Source of the DNA: Podarcis gaigeae
Taxonomy: Eukaryota
Length of the DNA stretch: 64,000 nt
Assembly (NCBI GenBank): GCA_964106915.2
Contig: OZ066914.1
Strand: one strand, 5' to 3'
In this document: one piece after another, positions 55,717-64,000 of the stretch
Position numbering within the stretch: position 1 is the stretch's first letter
How the letters are laid out: each line of letters starts with the position of its first letter
Made by a program: the position numbers and the translations under genes
Notes under the pieces: model-generated
Databases searched by the model: none
Told to the model about the DNA's origin: nothing
The model's input: the letters and a program-made list of their open reading frames with translations, nothing else

Positions 55717-56030
55717 AAGGTAAAGGTAAAGGGATCCCTGACCATTAGGTCCAGTTGTGACCGACTTTGGGGTTGCGGCGCTCATCTCGCTTTATTGGCT
55801 GAGGGAGCCGGCGTACAGCTTCCGGGTCATGTGGCGAGCATGACTAAGCCGCTTCTGGCGAACCAGAGCAGCGCACGGAAATGCAGTTTACCTTCCCGCC
55901 GGAGAGGTACCTATTTATCTATTTGCACTTTGACGTGCTTTCGAACTGCTAGGTTGGCAGGAGCAGGGACCGAGCAACAGGAGCTCACCCCGTCGCAGGG
56001 ATTCAAACCGCCGACCTTCTGATCAGCAAG
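55717..56030 (-). mobile_element. Sauria SINE (5' end slightly truncated)
   Basis: The (ACCTTT)n tail reads as AAGGTAAAGGTAAA on the plus strand. It has a typical Sauria body, a B-box-like GGTTTGAATCCC on the minus strand, and is CpG-rich (young). Confidence 0.9.
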
Positions 56031-57172
56031 TCGTGTAACCTTAAATAGTAATTGTTTGGTTTTAGCCACTATGGTAGAATGTTATCAAACAATTACCATA
56101 GTTGCTAAAACCTCAAGTCTGAGAACTTTATGGCAAAACCAAACATAAATAGATAATCTGACCTATATACAACCAAAGTCTGCTAAAATAAAAGGGCTTT
56201 TAGTAACAGCAAGAAAGGGAGCCAACCAAACTTCATGGGACAAAATATTCCATAATCAAGGTGCAACCACTGAGAAGACTGTTTCATCCCACTTAAACAT
56301 GCTTCTACCCAAGTGGAGCACAGAGAAGACACTTTCCATCCAATTTTCAGTAGGCAGGGTGATATGGAAGGAAGCAATCTGGACTTATGTCATTTAGGGC
56401 TTTGGAGGTAATTGCCAATGATTTGAATTGTGCCAGGAAAGAAGTTGGTAATCAGTACAATGTGATCTCAGAGGTCTGCACTCACCAGCGTCCTTGCAAT
56501 TGCATACGGGACCATTTGAAGCTTCTCAAGACTTTTCAAATAAAGCCCCATGTACTGTGTGTTTAATTAATCCAACCTAGTTGTACCTAAGGCATTTTTT
56601 TGTCATGCAAAGTTCTAGCCTCCTCAGAAATGAGCATAGCTGGTCAAATGCTCCTGGCTACATCCTCTATCTGGTCTTCCATTTGTAAAACTGAGCCCCA
56701 AACACGCCCACACCAGATTGTAATTACTCCAAAACAAGCTGAAACACTATTCCAGAGACTCTCTCTTTCTTTAGCATTTTTAGATGGTACTTAATACATA
56801 CCAGGATTAATAAAATGTTTTCAACATTTGAAATGCATGGTTTTCCCCTCAGATTTTTATTATTTTTATTCTATGTGGATTGTTGGAAAGGGTAATTGGA
56901 ATTATTTCACAGATTTATGCACTTTAACTTAGTAATGAACGCTTTAACACCTTAAAATTCCTGGTATAAAATATTTGTTTTGGATATTAGGTGAATACAG
57001 AAATGGCTTTTAAATGGCTGTATCTGGCAAAAAAAAGGCTAAGGCATGTGTCTCTCAATCTATTTCCTATTGCTGTAACAAAATTATAATAATTATAATT
57101 TATTTATACTGCCCTAGTCTCTGTCCTCCTATCCAGCAACACGAGAAAGGTTCTTGTCCATTGTCTCTGAAG

Positions 57173-57538
57173 TCAGCCTTAACTACGGGTCCTATTTATG
57201 AATGAACACAGGCGGCTTTGATTGAGCTGAATAAGGGGTTAGTCTAACCAACAACCACTAATTTCGACTTAGTAAATTCTGACCACATCAGAACCCCTGA
57301 CATGTCAACAGTCCTCTTTTTATTAAATACATAATTTCTGCTGAGCCTTTTAGGGTTATCCTTCCATTGAATCCACTTTATGTCCGTCCTAATCTGTACT
57401 GAGGGTATAATATTAGCCCTATACCTAATAATGGCCATATTTACCTCAATACCAACACTCCAACTATTGCTATTATACCAATTCTACTCCTAGCAATATC
57501 CGCCTTTGAAGCTGCAACAGGCCTCACCCTTCTAGTCA
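57173..57538 (+). pseudogene. NUMT: mitochondrial ND3 3' end, tRNA-Arg and most of ND4L
   Basis: In the vertebrate mitochondrial code it reads ...IYEWTQ(G)GFDWAE* (ND3 end, TAA 57232-57234), then a tRNA with anticodon TCG. ND4L follows from ATG 57302: MSTVLFLLNT*FLLSLLGLSFH..HFMSVLICTEGMMLALY...MSAFEAATGLTLLV. This is the standard mtDNA gene order, with a stop and indels. Confidence 0.93.
57234..57299 (+). tRNA. mitochondrial-type tRNA-Arg(TCG), nuclear pseudogene copy inside the NUMT
   Basis: Acceptor stem AGGGGTT/AACCCCT; anticodon arm ACTAA-TTTCGAC-TTAGT; T arm TCTGA/TCAGA; positioned between ND3 and ND4L. Confidence 0.85.
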
Positions 57539-58706
57539 GTTTTGTCTTCCATCTGGTAGGGGAAAACTAAGAAATGTCCAGTTTATGCCTTTTCCAGATA
57601 TTTCCCTGGCTTGAATATGTGGTTAGATTGCTCAATTGGTAGCACTTGATCTCAGGAGCCTCATACTAGGCAAAAAGATTTCTGTATTGCATGGAGTTAG
57701 ACTAGATGACCCTCATAGTCCCTTCCAACTTTGCAATTCTATGATGTGTGTACTGTTTTCTGCCTAAGTGCAGACTAATCAAACCTCAAAGATCCTCTCT
57801 TATGGAGGCTAATCTCATACACACACACTTCCTAGTACTCATATTTAAAATAAATAGTTTGAAGTGGACTTCTGTTTACCTTCAACTGAAGCTAGTCAGG
57901 ATCAGGTCCCAAGTACTCGTCAATTATTTTATTATTTGATACATCAACTAAATATTTGTGATTTGATTGTTAGCAGTTATTAGATGTGAAGAATAAAGAA
58001 AAGTGGGTTTAAAAATAAATGTAGTTCAAATCCATCCTGTTGAGCTTGTCTGAATGAGGCTGTGGATGGTTTTCTAAAGTCAGCAATTTTCATTAATGGC
58101 AGAACTTCGGCAATGCTTTTACAGCAGTCATTTGGGACCGTTTGTTAGTGACTATTACAACAATGGCTTAAATATATATAATATCTCTTAATCCTAAATA
58201 CTAATCCTTGAGATTTATTCAGATGAGCTTTCAAATATATGTTTATTAAATAGGGAAATGGAATCGAGGAAAAAAACATTAAGGTTGAGCTAGGAGCTGG
58301 TTTGTTTTAAATTTTCAAAGACCTATGCATATTAAATGTTTATTTGGTGTGGGGGGGGTGTTGACCAGTGGGACAAATATTCCTTGTGACAGGATGCAAG
58401 TGTAAATATATGGTGACTGTGTTCTTTATTACATGTATTGCTGTTAGTATTGCAGTATTTCCCTTCATATAGGAGGAAGACACTAAAGCAGTTTCAGGGA
58501 GCCTGTGGCTTTCCAGAAGCTGCTGGACTACAACTCCCATAATTCCTGAGCATTGGCCACACTTGACTGGGGCTGATGGAGGTTGCCTTCCACCCCACCA
58601 GCCCCAATGGGCACCTGCCACTGCCTAGGAGTAAGCCCCACTGAACCCAATAGGACTTACTTCTTAGTAGACATGTATAGGATTGCACTCTGTGCTGTGC
58701 CTATAC

Positions 58707-58842
58707 CAGACTTCCTCAATCTCGGCCCTCTAGATGTTTTTGGCCTACAACTCCCATGATCCCTAGCTAGCAGGACCAGTGGTCAGGGATGATGGGAATT
58801 GCAGTCTCAAAGCATCTGGAGGGTTGAGGTTGAGGAAACCTG
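58707..58842. mobile_element. hAT-type palindromic MITE
   Basis: TIR CAG..TTCCTCAA/TTGAGGAAACCTG; TSD GCCTATAC/GTCTATAC; same core as the other copies. Confidence 0.8.
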
Positions 58843-58891
58843 GTCTATACAAAGGACTATAACAGACTGCATCCGTATGTATGTATGTAAT

Positions 58892-59054
58892 CGTTTCCGT
58901 GTGCTGCACTGGTGCTGGCTCGCCAGCTGCAGCTTCGTCATGCTGGCCACGTGACCTGGAAGTGTCTTCGGATGGCACCGGCTCACGGCCTCTAGAGCAA
59001 CCCTAGAGTCGGACACAACTGGCCCATACGGGCAGGGGTACCTTTACCTTTACC
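58892..59054 (+). mobile_element. Sauria SINE 3' part, 5'-truncated
   Basis: Ends GAGTCGGACACAACTGG...ACCTTTACCTTTACC. A 12-bp TSD TATGTATGTAAT sits at 58880-58891 and 59055-59066. Confidence 0.85.
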
Positions 59055-61044
59055 TATGTATGTAATACTTACTATACACCTACTAAAAAAACTCTCAAGG
59101 TGTCATACAATGAAGTTGTGATGGACACAAGTAATTTTACTCTCAAAACCAGTTGCAAACATGTCACAGCATGCCACTGAGGGGTTGACTACATCATAGT
59201 AGTAGCAAGATTTTAACAAGTCTTGACTTACCAGGAAAAGGTCTGCTGGAGAACACTGAGTGGCTTGTGAAGAAAAAAATGCATCTTCAACCATCATCAC
59301 AGCCATGGAGTAATCTTAATGATGAGCTCATACCAATGTTCAGTTGTGTTCCCTCCACTTGGATTCCAGATGTTTCCAACTTGGAGTGGTGACTTGTGCC
59401 CATTGGAATTGGTGGGCTGGAAGACAGAAAGCCCAACAGTAGATGGAGCCAGAGCCAATGACAGGCAGATTCAACTATCTCTAGTTTTGTCCACATCTTT
59501 CTCCCTGCTGAATTTTATAAGGACAACACTGAGACCGAGGAGGACAATGATAGCTATTGACACCCCCTGGTCAGGCAGATGCAGGGAAGACTGAAGTTGA
59601 TGCTCCACTAGCCCCAATGGACCAGCCTGTACTGCCAGTTTGCTTCAACATCCTCAGCTTAAGTGCATACCAAGGAGCAGTAAGGCTCTGCTAAGCAAGA
59701 GATGCTGCTTTGGAGTGATCCTGCCAACCACCTGAGTTATCCCTGTATTCCACAAATCAACCAGAGCTTCAAGAACAGCACCAGCCAATGCCACCCAAGC
59801 TGGAAGATTCCCTCAGTGCATTCTTAAATTCATCAGAATTTACCAGCTTCCAGGAATGGGCTATCCAAAAATCTGTTATCTTTAGTGGATATTTAGATTC
59901 AGTCTTATGATCAGTGGAGTTTCATTTGTTCCCTAGGAAGAGTTTTGAAGAAGCACATTAAAAGAGAGGGGGGGGGGGCTAGAGGCTGTTATGCAAGCAA
60001 ACCAGAAAAAAATTCCCCAGGTGTGTTTTAGAATATGCGTCAGGTAGTTTTCTGTTGACAATTTTTATACAGGTCATTATAATACAGAGAAACCAAATGT
60101 TGCATCACAGGTGCCTGAAAATGGTTTGTTTGTCTTTCCACATTGCTCAGTTCCCTAAGAGCACACTTACCACTTTAGTGTATTTTGATGCTAAGTGGTC
60201 AAACAAGTTTATTGCTAGTCATTTACTTTATTTCTTAGGACACTGAAGCAGAAACAGCCCTGATTTGAGGGTGCTAAATGTGCAACATGTTAGTGTAGTA
60301 TTTTCTGTTTTTGTCATAAGCAATGAATATGGTGTTTGTCATCCTATCAGCTTATGTTTATTTTTAAAAATGTTTTAAATCTTCATCGTAGTGATTTTAG
60401 ATATTATTATTCTCGTTATTATTTCTGCTTCATATTTTTAAGAATAAATCTGAAAGTTTACAACACATTAGAACATCAAATAAAACAATCCAGGATAAAA
60501 CATTACTAAAGAAAGTAAAATATTCTCCTAAAGGTTTCAAAACAAAGCATTACAAAGGAGGTTGACTACAGAATGCACATTTAACACAGTAAAGATAACA
60601 GAAAAATTATCTTAAACATTTCCAAACAAAACATTACTAAAAGAAGTCAAATATAAAGTGCACATTTAAATCAGCATACGGTAATTAACAAGAGAAAACA
60701 TATTGTCATAAGCATAGAACAAACCTGCTGCTGTTGCTGCCAATCCTGCCAGTGGTGGTTCATGGCAGCTGTAGAAGCTCAAGCTCGATGACTCGGGTCT
60801 GCACTAAGAGACAGCCAAGATATTATCAAACTTTGTTAGAGTAACAGGAAATGCAAGTACTGTACTGTGCTCCCAGTTAAGTGAGGTTAGGTTATTGTAG
60901 CCATACTTCAAGTGGACCCATTAAAATCATTGGATTTCAGTTAGCCATTTAAGTCCATTCACTTCACTGGGTCTATATTGAGTCAAATAACACTTCCTGT
61001 TTCGCAGTCCATGTCATCTGAAATAGGATTTTTTGCAATCTAAC

Positions 61045-61353
61045 CAGGGCCGTCTTACCCATAGGCGCTAGGGGTGCAGGGCACCTGGGCGCTAGGCTCT
61101 CAGGGGTGCTAGGCCAAGAGTCCGGGGCCCGAGAGTTGAGTCCGGGGAAGAGCCCGTCCATCAGTTGGAGCGCCATGGCGGGCTCTTCTGCTCAGGCAGC
61201 TCTGCGCCGGGAGTTTGTGGGCGACTGAGCCAGCAAGATGCTGAGGCGGCTGGCCAGCTCCCCCCTCCTGCACACCTGGGACTGGGCAACCTGGGAGGAG
61301 GGCGCCAGCTGGATCTTTGCACCCCAGTGCTGCATATGCTTAAGACAGCCCTG
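61045..61353. mobile_element. Non-autonomous hAT DNA transposon (GC-rich)
   Basis: TIR CAGGGCCGTCTTA/TAAGACAGCCCTG; perfect 8-bp TSD AATCTAAC. Confidence 0.85.
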
Positions 61354-61852
61354 AATCTAACACAAGGAGAGTGAAATGTGCAAGCACCTGATGCAGAAAC
61401 AATATCTCCTTTCACTGCAACAGAGCTTTTAAAGAACAAACATCTCCAGTTATGAACAGATACTACAAAGGCCAATTGAGTACTTTGCTCGAGGGACCTC
61501 ACATGCAATCAACTTAATTTATTTTAGTGGTCACTGTGAAATGTAAAAAATAAAATAAAAATCCAAACATGAGCTCTGGCCGTTGTTTAAGAAACTGGGT
61601 TGGTATTATATAGCTCTAGAAATTAAATACCAAGTGTGGCATAACTGAGAAAGTTTGACATAACATTATGAACCTCAGAAAAATGGGCTGTCACAGAAAA
61701 ACCCTTTAATTTTTTTTTTTTTAGAGATGAAGCTTTGAATTCAATGGCTGTGTTCACAATTCATGTTAAGCCATAGCTAATGTTCAGCTGTGGTTAACAC
61801 AAACTAGCAGGGTGCTAGTGTGTGGTACTCAGAGCTCCCTGCCTCACTCATT

Positions 61853-62071
61853 CCTTACCAGCCTCTGGAATGGAAGCTTGCGAATCAAAAGTTCCGTGGA
61901 CTTTTGGTAATGACAAATCTCTTGCAGTGCCACAGTACCAGGCCTGTAGTGATTAGGTTTCTTGACTCCACTAGTAGAGGGAGTGCTTTTCCTAGCAGCT
62001 TTGGCAGCCAGCTGTTTATGTGGAGCTTTGCCACCAGTGGATTCACAGGCAGTCTGCTTGGTACGGGCCAC
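61853..62071 (-). pseudogene. Histone H3.3-like processed pseudogene fragment (codons 1 to about 72)
   Basis: Reads [72 protein letters not shown]. Ser31 points to H3.3. The start codon is GTG, there are many Arg to Cys/His/Gln CpG-type changes, no intron at codon 42, and homology stops after LVR. Confidence 0.92.
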
Positions 62072-63309
62072 TTCCCTTTACTTTTTCACTGTTAGGAATG
62101 GATCCTTTAAAAACATTTCCGGTCCTATCAGCTGCAAGGTACATGTCCCACTCCTTCCCCAACAAACCCACTACTCGATCCAAACTTATTATGATGGAAG
62201 TTTTGGGGTTAAGCTCACAAGGGTCTTGGTGGTGGTGGTTTTATAACAAGTTTTTTTTTTTACAAAACAACAGCAGCAACCTTCCTTGAAATTCCAAATT
62301 GTTATGCCTGCTTATGAGGCCTAATCATAAGTTGCACACATGACTCTTTCCAACAATGGAACGCTTTCAGAAAGCAAAATGGACAAATCTTGAAAGTTAC
62401 ATATGAATGTACATTTGCAATGTGCAACATAGAGCAAAGTCATATAACATTAAATAGCAGACTTCTTATAATTTCAGAATGGTATTTTACAGCTCTCATG
62501 TTGCTGAAAATGTCAATGTCCTTAAAAAAATTCCCAGTTCCTCTGGACCATATACTAATACTTCCTGCCTGTCACCTCTGTCTTTCTGTTTGTCTGTTTG
62601 CATGAAACGTCAAGCCACTAATACCCCCAAATTTCTGATGCTCTATTATATAAGTTTAAAATTGAAGTGGGGCTATGAGGACATGCTTTTTAAAATTATT
62701 TTTATAATATTTTATATTCCTGTGGTTGGCTTTGTACTTTTTTAATTTAAAAAGTTGGTATATAAATCATTTAAATAATGCAATTGGTTTGAATAATTGG
62801 GGGGGGGATGCATTTGAGGTTCAAAGAAAGCCTTCTCATATACCAAGGATGTCTCCTGTGCTAGTTCAGAGCTGCCGATTCAGAAGTCATTGGTGAAGTC
62901 CAGCATCCATTAAATTACATAACAAAGGTAGGAGAGTTAGGATAATTTCAACACACTGAAATATCCAGACATCCCCAATATGAAATATATATAGACATCG
63001 CCACTATGTTAATTCTCCTACAGCTGTTTGTGTAATAAGTGGGGGAAGGGTGTCACTCATGAATAGAGGGAATGACTTGAATGCAAAAATTACCAGGTTC
63101 AAATCTCAGCATCGGGGAAAGAGAGGCACTTCTCTAATGTCCTGCAGGATTGCTGCCAGTCAGACACTGAGCTAGATGAGCCTGACATCTAGGAAGCAGT
63201 CCAATGCACAACAGGTGCATCTTAGTTGTTACTTAGCTATATTTTCATTTTACACTGTCTGTTCCTTTTTAAGACTTCTCTTTTAGCTGTTCATCATGAC
63301 CTTCTTGAC

Positions 63310-63550
63310 CAGGGGTCAGCAACCTTTTCCAGCCGTGGGCTGGTCCACCATCCCTCAGACCATGTGGTGGGCCGGACTACATTTTTTTTGGGGGGGGGGT
63401 GAACGGATTCCTAGGCCCCACAAATAACCCAGAGTTGCATTTTAAATAAAGGGACACATTCTACTCATGTAAAAACACGCTGATTCCCAGACCATCCGCG
63501 GGCCGGATTGAGAAGGCGATTGGGCCGCATTCTTAGGTTGCCTACCCCTG
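63310..63550. mobile_element. Non-autonomous hAT-Charlie-like element
   Basis: TIR CAGGGGTCAGCAACCT/AGGTTGCCTACCCCTG; perfect 8-bp TSD TTCTTGAC; subterminal GGGCCG motifs. Confidence 0.85.
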
Positions 63551-64000
63551 TTCTTGACCTAGGCTTTAAAAACAAAACTAGTGTCTCTTCTGCGTGCAAC
63601 ACCTGTCCTTAAAAATGTAGCTTCCAATTCATTCAACCTATTACTTTAGATTCTGCATCTCTTAGTTTCCATCTCTTGTTTTGTCAGGCTGCTTGTTCCT
63701 TCCTCTCTTCCTCTTGGCACCACACTTGTTAAATTTGAAAAGGATAACAGCAGAAGTGCCATAAACACTGAGTGTGTGACTTATGATGGCAACACTCACC
63801 CACAAAGCCTAATTTGCAATGGATTAACTTGCCCTTAATTTTCATTTAATTAAATGTGAAAACAGCACATGGTATATGTACCTGTGAGAATGTTTTTAAA
63901 AATTAAAAAATTAACAAGCTTTTAGAAATCTAAACAAGCTGCCACAAGACAATGTCCCAAGCTAGACAGGCTGAGCTAAATTCAGAATTTAGAAAATGGT

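Noticed and set aside
59000-64000. Start of the expected neighbour gene ACMSD
   Set aside because: I found no MKIDIH-like first coding exon; it is presumably beyond the window.
1-64000. CRISPR arrays, prokaryotic operons, rRNA or nuclear tRNA genes
   Set aside because: This is eukaryotic intron-rich DNA with no regularly spaced repeats. The tRNA-like sequences are SINE heads or the NUMT tRNA.

Overview
This is vertebrate nuclear DNA from a squamate, very probably a lacertid lizard, judged by Sauria-SINE, Squam-type SINE, BovB, CR1 and Penelope repeats. The only intact gene is the 5' part of TMEM163 (zinc transporter, SV31) on the minus strand. Coding exons 1-5 lie at 53878-53704, 50187-50068, 11877-11834, 11388-11297 and 2603-2507, all with GT-AG junctions and one continuous frame. 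There is a CpG-island promoter at about 53.3-54.5 kb and a 38-kb intron 2, and the remaining exons fall left of the window. The rest is intronic or intergenic DNA carrying many transposon relics. The more notable items are: a mitochondrial insertion (ND3 end, tRNA-Arg, ND4L); a 3'-truncated histone H3.3 retrocopy; an internally rearranged Ty1/Copia relic; a short L1-like non-autonomous element with both termini and a 16-bp TSD; a near-identical 208-bp dispersed duplication; hAT MITEs sharing one core but with four different terminal repeats; and an unidentified reading frame of about 135 codons broken by a 26-bp tandem duplication. I found no convincing novel multi-gene system. Nearly all ORFs in the supplied track are chance ORFs.
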